Shown: one piece after another, positions 52,295 through 61,400 of the stretch
Position numbering within the stretch: the stretch's first letter is position 1
How the letters are laid out: each line of letters begins with the position of its first letter
Assembly: GCA_019186845.1 (NCBI GenBank)
Contig: JABARW010000019.1
Span: 1,790-65,789, forward strand
Source of the DNA: Planctomycetota bacterium
GTDB taxonomy: Bacteria; Planctomycetota; UBA8742; UBA2392
Direction of reading: 5' to 3'
Length of the DNA stretch: 64,000 nt
Translations under genes and position numbers: made by a program
The notes under the pieces: model-generated
What the model was told of the DNA's origin: nothing
Database searches by the model: none
The model's input: the letters and a program-made list of their open reading frames with translations, nothing else

Positions 52295-52306
52295 TGGCTT
52301 TGGTGT

Positions 52307-52351
52307 TGGTAGCTGGGGCCGGACTCGAACCGGCGACCTAGGGCTTATGAA
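52307..52351 (-). tRNA. 3' fragment (anticodon loop to CCA) of a tRNA(CAU) gene, Met or Ile2 type; not a complete tRNA
   Basis: The minus strand reads TTCATAA-GCCCT-AGGTC-GCCGG-TTCGAGT-CCGGC-CCCAGCT-A-CCA. These are the anticodon loop with CAT, the 3' anticodon stem, the variable loop, a canonical T-arm, the 3' acceptor strand, the discriminator and CCA. The expected 5' anticodon stem (AGGGC), D-arm and 5' acceptor strand (AGCTGGG) are absent upstream. Confidence 0.7.
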
Positions 52352-52485
52352 AACTTCTACCTAGCCCTTTTCGATTGTCCCGATATAATCCTTCATGTAC
52401 CGAAAAGCCACTATCCAAGAGGGGTTCAAGGCGTTTCGGGGTTCCTAGGGCATGGTAGATGTTAGGGCAGCTTGGGGCGTTAGAA

Positions 52486-52508
52486 TGTTGGCTTTGATGT
52501 TGGCGCGC
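52486..52508 (+). repeat. left copy of an exact 23-bp direct repeat (candidate att site)
   Basis: TGTTGGCTTTGATGTTGGCGCGC, identical to 63941..63963. Contains an internal TGTTGGC duplication. Lies 36 nt upstream of the integrase ATG. Confidence 0.85.
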
Positions 52509-52544
52509 AGCTGCGCCGCTCGAAGCGCCCCGGAAAGGCGAGTC

Positions 52545-53987
52545 ATGGCAAAGCTGGGCAGGCCGAAGAAACGGCGCGTGCGTTCACCTCACCCCGGCGT
52601 GAGGCTGTTCAAGCGCGAACGGCAGAACGTTGAAACGTGGTATGCGCGTTGCGTGGACCCTGACAAGCCGGCCATTCCCATGCTCGATAGTGAGGGCAAG
52701 CCGATCCTGGGCCGGCGTGGCAAGCACAAGGGCCAGCCGCGCATGATGCCCGCCGAAACCGAGTTCAACCTGACCGCGTTGGGCAAGACTACAGACGAAA
52801 GCCGGCGCGCGTGGGCCATCGACAAAGCGAACTCTATTCAAGAACGGAAAGCCGCCTTGGCTTCCGGCGTGGTCACGCTGACCCAAACGACCGTCAAGAC
52901 CGCTCTGGAAGGCTATTACAGCGCGTTCGAGGCGGAATTGAAGCCAAGCACCCTTACCGTCTATCGGCAAGCGACGGAGCCCTTCGAGGCATGGGCTAAC
53001 AGTGCTGCCGGCGTGACCTGCACGGAATCCCTGACACCGGCCAAGCTGCTGGACTTCCGCGCGTGGTTCGTTGCCCGCCCCGCATTCGTTCAAGCGAGCG
53101 GGGAGGGCGTCGGAAAAGGCAAGCGCATGGAAGGAAGCCGCAAGCGTTCAGCGGGGCAGATCAACAAGTGCCTGCGCGCATTGCGCACGGTGTTGAACTA
53201 TCTGCGCCGCAAGAACCAGACGCCGGCGCTGACCTCCGACAACATCCGCGAGAATCTTGAGTTCGTCAAACGCCAGAAGCCGCTGCCGCGTTTCCTCGAA
53301 GCGCCGGACATTCGCAAGTTGCTCAAGGCTGCGCTGCGCCATGACGCCGAAAAGTTTGACCTGACGCGCGATGAAAAGGCCGGCAAGGCCGAACCCGGCA
53401 CGACCGCCAAGCACGTTGCGATTGCACCCTTCATTGCTGCCGCGCTGTTCACGGGCTGCCGCTTTGCGGAACTTGCGAACTTGCGCTGGGAGCAAGTGAA
53501 GCTGGACGCCGGCGAAATACGGCTCGACAGCAGCGACACAAAAACGGGCCACGGGCGCAAAGTGGACCTGACCCCGACGCCGGCGCTGGCCGCGCTGTTG
53601 TCGGCCATGAAGCTGCGTTCAAAGGGCTGCCAGTACGTTTTCGGATGCGACGAAGCACTGCGCCGCGACATTGCGGAATCCGCGCGCAAGCGCCTGCGCA
53701 AAAATTTTGGAGCGCCGCGCTTTAGCTGGCACGACCTGCGCCGCACCTGCGGAACGTTCCTGACCTGCGCGCCGAACATCTACGGGGCCGCTTCCGCGTT
53801 CCTGACCGCCAAGCGGCTGGGCCATAGCGTCAGTGTCAGCGAGCGCCACTACCTAGGCCAAGTGAAAGTGTCCCCCAAGGCGCGCACGCTTGAAGGCGCA
53901 ATGGTTATTCGCAAAACGTGCGCGAAGATTGTAGCGCGCGTGAGTGGCGGAAAGCCGGCGACGCCTTCGCTGCGCGAAGTCGCGTGA
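52545..53987 (+). CDS. int: tyrosine recombinase / phage-type integrase
   Basis: Start MAKLGRPKK with AAGGCGAG upstream. Catalytic residues in context: TGCRFAEL (R), WHDLRRT (HxxR), RLGHS (H), ERHYLG (Y). Confidence 0.9.
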   Translation: MAKLGRPKKRRVRSPHPGVRLFKRERQNVETWYARCVDPDKPAIPMLDSEGKPILGRRGKHKGQPRMMPAETEFNLTALGKTTDESRRAWAIDKANSIQERKAALASGVVTLTQTTVKTALEGYYSAFEAELKPSTLTVYRQATEPFEAWANSAAGVTCTESLTPAKLLDFRAWFVARPAFVQASGEGVGKGKRMEGSRKRSAGQINKCLRALRTVLNYLRRKNQTPALTSDNIRENLEFVKRQKPLPRFLEAPDIRKLLKAALRHDAEKFDLTRDEKAGKAEPGTTAKHVAIAPFIAAALFTGCRFAELANLRWEQVKLDAGEIRLDSSDTKTGHGRKVDLTPTPALAALLSAMKLRSKGCQYVFGCDEALRRDIAESARKRLRKNFGAPRFSWHDLRRTCGTFLTCAPNIYGAASAFLTAKRLGHSVSVSERHYLGQVKVSPKARTLEGAMVIRKTCAKIVARVSGGKPATPSLREVA

Positions 53988-54013
53988 TTTCAGATGTCAG
54001 TCAGTCAGCACCC

Positions 54014-54043
54014 AAACCCCGCCCAACAAGCGGGGTTTGTTGC
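54014..54043 (+). terminator. hairpin after int
   Basis: CAAACCCCGC-CCAACAA-GCGGGGTTTG followed by TTG. Confidence 0.5.
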
Positions 54044-54103
54044 TGATGGATGGTCGTCGCACTACTCAATGGGCGGGCTCAGGTATCAACAATTCGTCCA
54101 AGC

Positions 54104-54117
54104 CTTGACAAGTCAAG
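54104..54117. promoter_or_regulatory. palindromic operator-like site 1 (CTTGAC-AA-GTCAAG), overlapping a TTGACA -35-like hexamer
   Basis: Read directly. The 18-mer CCTTGACAAGTCAAGACG is 17/18 identical to CCTTGACACGTCAAGACG at 55330..55347. Confidence 0.5.
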
Positions 54118-54139
54118 ACGTGAAAGCTGTCTTTAGGTC

Positions 54140-54928
54140 ATGGATTCGCGCTACATCCCGGCACGCAAGCCCAACGCCCACGCGAACCGACCCAACAATC
54201 GGTCATGGGCTAACATGCTAATGAACAGGCGCGAGGCTGCGGAACGTCGCACTAACCGTGCGTGTTCGGATGCGCACAACGCCCGTCAAGGAAGACCACT
54301 GCCAGAACATGTCCGAGCATATCGTGAAGGCTGGCTAGCGGTCATTCGGACACAGCCGGAGAAGCTTGAAATGGGGCTGGCGTGCATCCGCGAAAAGGAA
54401 TCGCAATGCGTTCAGCCTGGGCCGACGGACTTTGAACACGACCGCGCAATTGAAGAACAGAGGGCACTAGAGGAATCGAAGCAATTTGAGGCTGCTTACA
54501 ACCTGTATCTGTTGGATCAAGTTCGTGAGGCCGCGCGCGTGGAGCGCGCTTATCGCAGACGCATTCGCCGGCTGTTGCTGACCATGCACGGCATGACGTG
54601 CGAACAAGTCGCGGACAATGTCTTTGACGGTGAAGGACTGGCGCAGATCGTTGCGTTCGAGGGCTTCAAGGGCGTTCGCAAGTACCTATACAAGTTGCTT
54701 CGCAAGCCTAGCGCGAGCAGCCGCGTAACGTTGGAACTCTTGCGCGAGAAAGTTTTCGGGAAAGCAATCATCCCGGATTGGACTGAGCTTTCAGTCGTGC
54801 AACTCGCGAAGACGTTATCGTTGTTGCTTCGCGAACCCGTTGAGTTACCGGATTCAATTCCCCCGCCGATTCGATGTACCGACTCCATCCTTGGAGCCAT
54901 GACCGCGCGATTCCGCGCGGCAGCCTAA
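54140..54928 (+). CDS. hypothetical protein (element-encoded)
   Basis: 262-aa ORF on the element's coding strand. No family recognised. Start uncertain (no clear RBS). Confidence 0.5.
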   Translation: MDSRYIPARKPNAHANRPNNRSWANMLMNRREAAERRTNRACSDAHNARQGRPLPEHVRAYREGWLAVIRTQPEKLEMGLACIREKESQCVQPGPTDFEHDRAIEEQRALEESKQFEAAYNLYLLDQVREAARVERAYRRRIRRLLLTMHGMTCEQVADNVFDGEGLAQIVAFEGFKGVRKYLYKLLRKPSASSRVTLELLREKVFGKAIIPDWTELSVVQLAKTLSLLLREPVELPDSIPPPIRCTDSILGAMTARFRAAA

Positions 54929-54992
54929 CTTGCCTGTTCACGTCAAACCCGCCACCGGCGCGGGTTCGTCTGCGCGCATTCGCGCGCAAAAC

Positions 54993-55244
54993 ATGAACAG
55001 GGAAACATCGATGACAACTGCAATTCCCGGTACGCTGGCCGCTGATCTGGCCGCTGCTGCCGCAGACTTACCTTCACTCTTGACACGTCAACAAGCCGCG
55101 ACTTTCGCGCAGGTTGATGTTCGCACCGTTTCGCGCTGGATTGCTGCTGGCCGGCTCCAAGCCGCGAAATCACACCCCGGCAAAACTGGCCGCGTCCTGG
55201 TTACGAAAAGCGCCTTACTCCGACTGCTTTCGGGGGAGGGCTAA
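54993..55244 (+). CDS. excisionase-family / MerR-like helix-turn-helix DNA-binding protein
   Basis: LLTRQQAATFAQVDVRTVSRWIAAGRLQAAK is a typical HTH_17/excisionase pattern. Start could be 54993 or 55011. Confidence 0.7.
   Translation: MNRETSMTTAIPGTLAADLAAAAADLPSLLTRQQAATFAQVDVRTVSRWIAAGRLQAAKSHPGKTGRVLVTKSALLRLLSGEG
55080..55091. promoter_or_regulatory. palindromic operator-like site 2 (TTGACACGTCAA)
   Basis: 12-bp perfect palindrome inside the HTH gene. Confidence 0.45.
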
Positions 55245-55246
55245 AC

Positions 55247-57268
55247 ATGGATAAGAACGAAGCGCCCCGCGCCGGAAGCACGGGGCCAGAAGAAACTACA
55301 CCTGCATCGGGTGCAAGTGTACGCTATGCCCTTGACACGTCAAGACGCGAGTTCCAATGCAAAGGGCATCTCCCCTCGCACGTCTGGGCTTATCTGGACA
55401 TGGAAGGCAATTCCGCTGGGGCCGTAGCGCGCTACGACGCCGGCACTCTGGACCCCTACAACAAGCAGTTCCGCCAATTCCGCTGGGAAGCCGGCAAGTT
55501 CAAGCCCGGATTGGAGGGCGGGAAGTTGCCGTTGTACCGCCTGCCGGACCTGCGCCGCGACAAGACCGCGCGTGTAGTGTTCGTGGAAGGCGAGAAATGC
55601 GCAGACGCCGTGGCCGCTCTGGGCTTCACTGCTACAACGACGCCCGGAGGGGCCAAGGGGTTTGCCGCGTGGCTCAAAGCACGACCGAACGGTCTTGCAG
55701 AGTTCGCAGGCCGAGTTGTGTTCGTTCTTGCCGATAACGACGAACCTGGGCTCGCCTATTCGCTCGAAGTCGCCCGCGCGCTTCAAAACGCCGGCGTGGA
55801 CGCGCGGCTTGTGGACCCGCTGCCCTGGGCCGGCATGGGCGAAAGCAAGGACGTGGCAGATTGGGTTGCCGCCGGCCACAACGCCGAAGAGCTGCGCTTG
55901 TTTCTGGATTCCGCCAATCCCTTTGCAGATCAATCGCGTGTCGAAATCGAATGCGAGGTGCAGCCGGCGAACCTCGATCCACTGCCGGCCCCGCCTTTCG
56001 ATGCACTTCCCGGCACGACCGGCGACTACATTCAAGCCGTGGGCGATTCGTGCTGCGTTGATCCGGCGCTGCCGTTCACGTTTGCAATGGGCGTTGGAGC
56101 CGCTTCGATTGGCCGTGCGGCTGATATCCAGATTGACGCCACTTGGCGCGAGTTTTCGCCGTTGTGGCTTTGCAGCGTGGCGGCGCCGGGTGCGCTCAAA
56201 TCGCCGGTTCTGCGAATGCTTGCAGCGCCAATCTTCGAACATGACCGCGAGCTGGACGCAATCCACGCGGCAGAACTTGACGAATGGAAGGCCCGTTGCG
56301 ACTTGCTGAAACCGCATCAAGCACGACCGGAGCGCCCGCGCCGGAAACAGGCCGTTGTCAGCGACACGACCATTGAAGCCCTAGCGCCCGTCTTGGACGT
56401 TTCGCCCCGCGTGCTTGCATACCACGACGAATTGGGCGGGATGTTCGATTCCATGGGCTGTTACAAGGCGCGCGGAGGCCACGACCGTTCCGTTTGGCTT
56501 TCGCTCTACAACTGCGCCCGCATCACGGTGAATCGCAAGTCAAATCCGGACCCGCTGATTGTCGAATTGCCGCGCCTGGGCATTGTCGGGGCCACAACGC
56601 CGGCCAAGGCCGCGAAGCTGGTAATTGTGGACGCCGGCGACGGGGGCGTGGATCGCTTCTATTTCACGGGCGTAATGCCGCGCGAACGTGTATGGCCGAA
56701 ACCGCCGATTCCGGCACAACTGCAAGCGGAGTTTCACGCCCGCATCGGCGCGTTGTGTCGCCTGCCGGCGTTTCAGACTCGCCTTGTTACGTTGACGCCC
56801 GAAGCGTCAGACGAGTTCGGCAGGTTCTACGTCCGAACGAACTCGGAGGACGCGCCCGGCTTCATGCAAGGCGTGGTCAGCAAGCATTGCGGCAACGTGG
56901 CGCGCATTGCGTTGATGCTCTGCCTGCTGGAAGAACCCGCAGCCACGACCGTAAGCGTCACGCAAATGCATAACGCAATCCGCATCGGCGATTGGCTCTT
57001 GGCGCATACGTTCCGCCAGCGGCAGATCATGCTGGGCAATCCCGCCGGCGTGCAACTGTCGCAACGCGCGCAGGCCGCGCTGAACTGGGTTCGCCGGCAC
57101 GGAAAGTTCACGACCGTCAGCGAAATGCTTGCCGGCAAGATGCCGGGAATCGACAACGCCGAAATTGCACGCGCCACGTTGGCCGAACTCGCAGCCGTGG
57201 GGCAAGGCCGTTGGCAAACGCGCAGGACGCCGGCTGGACGCGAAGCAAAGGGGTTCGCCGTGGACTAG
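55247..57268 (+). CDS. TOPRIM primase-like N-terminus fused to a DUF3987-type C-terminal domain (element replication protein)
   Basis: TOPRIM acidic motifs VVFVEGEKCADAV and VFVLADNDEPG. The C-terminal half has the DUF3987-like pattern (LWLCSVAAPGALKS .. YHDELGGMFDSM). Confidence 0.75.
   Translation: MDKNEAPRAGSTGPEETTPASGASVRYALDTSRREFQCKGHLPSHVWAYLDMEGNSAGAVARYDAGTLDPYNKQFRQFRWEAGKFKPGLEGGKLPLYRLPDLRRDKTARVVFVEGEKCADAVAALGFTATTTPGGAKGFAAWLKARPNGLAEFAGRVVFVLADNDEPGLAYSLEVARALQNAGVDARLVDPLPWAGMGESKDVADWVAAGHNAEELRLFLDSANPFADQSRVEIECEVQPANLDPLPAPPFDALPGTTGDYIQAVGDSCCVDPALPFTFAMGVGAASIGRAADIQIDATWREFSPLWLCSVAAPGALKSPVLRMLAAPIFEHDRELDAIHAAELDEWKARCDLLKPHQARPERPRRKQAVVSDTTIEALAPVLDVSPRVLAYHDELGGMFDSMGCYKARGGHDRSVWLSLYNCARITVNRKSNPDPLIVELPRLGIVGATTPAKAAKLVIVDAGDGGVDRFYFTGVMPRERVWPKPPIPAQLQAEFHARIGALCRLPAFQTRLVTLTPEASDEFGRFYVRTNSEDAPGFMQGVVSKHCGNVARIALMLCLLEEPAATTVSVTQMHNAIRIGDWLLAHTFRQRQIMLGNPAGVQLSQRAQAALNWVRRHGKFTTVSEMLAGKMPGIDNAEIARATLAELAAVGQGRWQTRRTPAGREAKGFAVD
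55331..55344. promoter_or_regulatory. palindromic operator-like site 3 (CTTGACACGTCAAG)
   Basis: 14-bp perfect palindrome, 84 nt inside the primase-like gene. Confidence 0.45.
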
Positions 57269-57270
57269 CG

Positions 57271-57318
57271 CAGTCAGTACCCAGAAGCCCTGTTTCTAGG
57301 CGTTCTGGGTACTGACTG
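57271..57318. repeat. perfect 16-bp inverted repeat (hairpin) after the primase-like gene
   Basis: CAGTCAGTACCCAGAA - 16-nt loop - TTCTGGGTACTGACTG, followed by ACTGACTGAC (TGAC repeats giving TGA in all three frames). Confidence 0.7.
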
Positions 57319-57338
57319 ACTGACCGGGAGGGCTTTGC

Positions 57339-57731
57339 ATGGACTGGACCAAAGGCTGGATTCCGAAAAGCGCAAGCGCCGGCGCTGACGACCTGGCGCA
57401 GGCCGTGGCCGCGTTCAATGCGGCCCATGGCCTGCTAGAACTATTCGCCGGCCATTGCGAACTGCGCCGAACCGGGGCGACGAACGGTGGGGAGTTCCAC
57501 GGGCCATGCCCCAAGTGTGGGGGCGTTGACCGTTTCATGGCGTGGCCGGCGAAAGGGCGCGCGTGGTGTAGGCGTTGTGGGACACAAGGCGACACGTTGC
57601 ACTGGGCCATGATCCTCGAAGGCCGGGACCCCGGCGCGCGGGGCGAAACCGCGCGCTTCCTGCGCGAGCGCGGCCACTTGCCCACCAAACGCACCACGAT
57701 GCCCCACGTTCGCAAGATCGGGCCGGCTTAG
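57339..57731 (+). CDS. stand-alone primase zinc-ribbon protein (Prim_Zn_Ribbon-like)
   Basis: HGPCPKCGGVDRFMAWPAKGRAWCRRCGTQGDTLHW matches the CPxCGGxDRF..CxxC..GD zinc ribbon of T7 gp4 / P4 alpha-type primases as I recall it. Confidence 0.6.
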   Translation: MDWTKGWIPKSASAGADDLAQAVAAFNAAHGLLELFAGHCELRRTGATNGGEFHGPCPKCGGVDRFMAWPAKGRAWCRRCGTQGDTLHWAMILEGRDPGARGETARFLRERGHLPTKRTTMPHVRKIGPA

Positions 57732-57931
57732 GCGTGGGGTGGGGGGGCGTAAGGAATCGTGGCGTCGCGCCACAAAGGAACAGTGCCTTGGCAAGTGGCA
57801 GCACGCGAGGCAGGTAGAGTCCCCAGCCGACTTTGGGGGCCGGCCCCGGTTTGGTGCGCGGGAGGGGCAAGGTGTCGCCCGGCTTTGCTGACAGCGCACG
57901 ATTCGTTGCGCCGCACAGAAGCAGACTTGGC

Positions 57932-58384
57932 ATGGATCAAGCCGCACCGTTGGACAACTCCGAAGCCGCATCCCCCGGCAATATGCAAGGGGGTTTGGGG
58001 GCGCACGGAGCCGGCCAAGTTGCAACTCACGATGCGCCTCCGCCATTACTCGCGTTGTTTCAAGACAAGCGACGCCGGCGCGAAGACCTGCGCCTGTTGA
58101 TTCAAGCCCTGAACAATGGGTGGGACCCCGAAAACAAGTGCGCAATTCACGACGCGCTTTTCGCCATGGTCCATGAACCCGATCTGGACGACCGCATCTT
58201 GATCCGCTGCTGCTGGGCTGCCGTCAAGATGGACCAATGCGCCTTGAACACCACGAGCATTATCGTGGGTTCACGCATCGAACATCCGCGCATGTTGACT
58301 CCATTCCAGCGCGAACTGCGCGCGCTACTCAAAGCCAAGCCCCATCTGCGCGCCGGATTCTTGAAAGAATGGCGCGGCTATTGA
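57932..58384 (+). CDS. hypothetical protein (element-encoded); start uncertain
   Basis: ORF on the element's coding strand. No motif recognised. The ORF-track start at 57833 is also possible. Confidence 0.4.
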   Translation: MDQAAPLDNSEAASPGNMQGGLGAHGAGQVATHDAPPPLLALFQDKRRRREDLRLLIQALNNGWDPENKCAIHDALFAMVHEPDLDDRILIRCCWAAVKMDQCALNTTSIIVGSRIEHPRMLTPFQRELRALLKAKPHLRAGFLKEWRGY

Positions 58385-58433
58385 TTCCTCCACCGGCGTT
58401 GAATCCGTGGCGCGGCTAACTAGCCTTTGCGCC

Positions 58434-61400
58434 ATGCCGACGAAAGAACAGGGGCGCGCGAAGGTTGAAGAGCTGGTTCAAGGCTTCCGCGCGAACCTGC
58501 GCGAGTTGCGCGACGCGCAGACCAAGGAAGCTGTGATCCGCCAACAGTTCATTGACCGGTTCTGGAAGGCGCTGGGCTGGGACGTTGACAACAGCGCTCA
58601 GAAACCCGCCGGCGAAAAGGACGTAGAGATAGAGGCTGGCGTCGGAACCATTGAAGACAGACGATTCAGTCACAGGCGCTGCGACTACATCTTTCGAGCC
58701 GGGGGATTGCGGCGATTCCTCTTGGAAGCCAAGAAACCCGCTGTTTCCGTTGACGACAGTGACGCGGTTTTTCAAGCAAAGACTTATGCTTGGAACGACC
58801 AAGTTCCCTTTGCCGTCTTGTCAAACTTCGAGGGCTTCAGGCTCTTTGATGCGACAGCAGAACCTTCCAAAGCGCATCCGGGACGCGGCTTGATTCAAGA
58901 CTTCAAGCTGGGTTTTGAGGATTACGTCAACCAGTGGGACGCGCTCTGGGCCACGTTTTCGCGCGAAGCCGTTGAAGGCGGTTCGCTGGAACGCCTGTTC
59001 CTCAAAATCAAGGGACAGCGGGCCGGCCGGCGGGTCCGAACGTCGGATCGGATGTTGTTTGAAATGCGCGGATCGGCTCCGGTTGACCGTGTATTTCTCG
59101 AACATCTTCAGGCGTGGCGCGAGCGATTCGCAAAGGCACTCTTCCGCGAGAACCAATCGGCTTTCCCCGATGCCGAAACCCGTCACGGTGCTGCCAACCT
59201 CACCGAAGCAGCGCAGCGCTTGATCGACCGGCTTGTATTCATCCGTGTCTGCGAAGACCGCGACATCATGGAATATGGCCGCCTCAAGCAACTGCTTGAA
59301 GACTGCCGCCCCGATGAACTCTATCCGCGCCTCGTTGAAGCGTTCCGCGAACTGGACACGAAATACAACGGTTATTTGTTCAAGCCGCACCCCCTGAGCG
59401 AAGCACTGACAGTTGATGGCCAGTTGCTTTCGGATTTCGTTAGGTCGCTCTATACGCCCGAAGGTCCGTACTGCTTTGACCGCATCGGCGACGACATTCT
59501 GGGCATCATTTACGAACGCTTCCTGGGCAGAGTAATTACCGTTGACCACGGGCGTGTCAGCGCGGAACAGAAACCGGAAGTGCGCCACGCCGGCGGCGTT
59601 TACTACACGCCCCGTTTTGTCGTGGACTCCATCATCCGGCGCGTGATTGGCCCGAAGATCGAGGGCAAGTCGCCCCGCGAAGTCTTGAAAGTCAAAGTGT
59701 TGGACCCGGCCTGCGGGTCTGGTTCGTTCCTGATTGCTGCCTTGGAATTCCTCATGCGGCATTGTGCGAACTACTTCCGCGACAACCCAAACGAAGCGGA
59801 GGAATCCCAGGTTGTGAACGGGCGACGCGAGCGAGTTCGTCTTGCGTTCAAAGCACCTGACGGAGACTGGCACCTTTCGACAGAGTTTCGGGCCAAGTTA
59901 CTTACGTCGTGCATTCATGGGATCGACATTGACCAGCAAGCCGTGGAAGTCACGGTTATGAGCCTCTATATCAAAATGCTTGAAGGCAAGTTGCCTCAAC
60001 AGCAATTCCTTCGCGAGCGAATGCTGCCGCCGCTGGACAACAATATCCGCTGCGGCAACAGCCTGATTGATCCTCAAGAACTCGAAGACCACCTGGACAA
60101 TCTTCATGGTGAACTGTTCGCAGAACTGACCGATGACGAGAAGTTCCGCATCAACCCCTTTGATTGGAAAAGCGAAACAAAGGGCTTTGGCCGCGTGTTC
60201 GCTGACGCGCAGGGCTTTGACTGCATCATCGGCAACCCGCCCTACATTCGCGTGCAAGAGTTGAACCAATGGGCACCCACGGAATGCGAGTTCTACAAGA
60301 CGCGCTTCAAGAGTTGCGAGCGGGGAAACTTTGACATTTACGTGGCGTTCCTCGAACGCGGCTTGGAACTGCTTGCGCCCGCCGGCTTGCTGGGCTTCAT
60401 TTGCCCGCACAAGTTTTGGCAGGCAACTTACGGGGCCGGCATTCGCAAGCTGATTGCGCAGGGCAAGCACCTGCGCAGCGTTGTGGACTTCGGGGACCAA
60501 CAAGTTTTCGAGGGCGCGTCAACCTACACAGCAATTCAAATTCTCTCGAAGAACGCAAACGCCGGCAACGTGAGGTACGCCCGTGTGAACGAACTTTCCG
60601 ATGGACCGGCGCAGTGCGTTGCGCTGGACGCCGGCAAGACGCCGGAAGGCACGGCAAGTTTCGCCGCTGAAAGGCCGGCGACGGAAGAGCCTTGGCGATT
60701 TGAAGACAGGGCAACACGCGACAGGTTCAACGCAATTCGTGAAGCCGCGCCGCAAACACTTGGCGACGTGGCGGATCGAATGTTTCAAGGCGTCCGTACA
60801 AGCATGAATGACGTTTACGTGCTGTCCACGGAAGGGGAACGCGCCGGGTTCTACTACTCCCCACACTTGGGCGAACCCGTCAAGTTGGAGGCCGCTGTGT
60901 TGCGCCGTTTCTTGAGCGGCAACGATATGCGCCGCTACGAATTGGTCCCGCCAACGTCGGTGCTGCTTTTGCCCTACTCAGTTACGCGCGAAGGAGCGGA
61001 GTTGATTCCTTCCGCGCGATTCCGCGGCGAGTTCCCTCATGCCTGGGCCTACCTCGAACGGTGCAAAGACGTGCTGCGCGCGCGTGAGGATGGACGCCAC
61101 GACAACGAGAACTGGTACGGGTTTGGCCGCACACAGAATCTTGACCTGTTCGAGAAGCCCCGCCTAATTGTAGGCGACTTGATCCTGCAATCGTCGTTTG
61201 CGCTGGACACAGAAGGCGAGTTCGGATTTGTCAGCGGCTACGGCGTTACGTTGAGAACCGAGTTTGCCGAACACCTCGAACTACTGCTGGGCTTGTTGAA
61301 CAGCGAACTCTTGAGCGATTTCCTCAAGGGAGTTTCCACGACCTTGCGCGGCGGATGGTTCCGAACCTTTCCCCAGTTCTTGAAGCAAATCCCGATCAAG

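Noticed and set aside
52307-52395. Possibility that a complete tRNA gene is present here
   Set aside because: Upstream of the anticodon loop the minus strand reads AAGTT, not the AGGGC needed to pair with GCCCT. No D-arm or AGCTGGG 5' acceptor strand follows. Only the 3' 45 nt are tRNA-like.
52452-52544. N-terminal extension of the integrase ORF as given in the track (MVDVRAAWGV..)
   Set aside because: It begins at a non-ATG start, has no RBS and runs through the 23-bp direct repeat. The ATG at 52545 has AAGGCGAG upstream and begins a typical basic integrase N-terminus.
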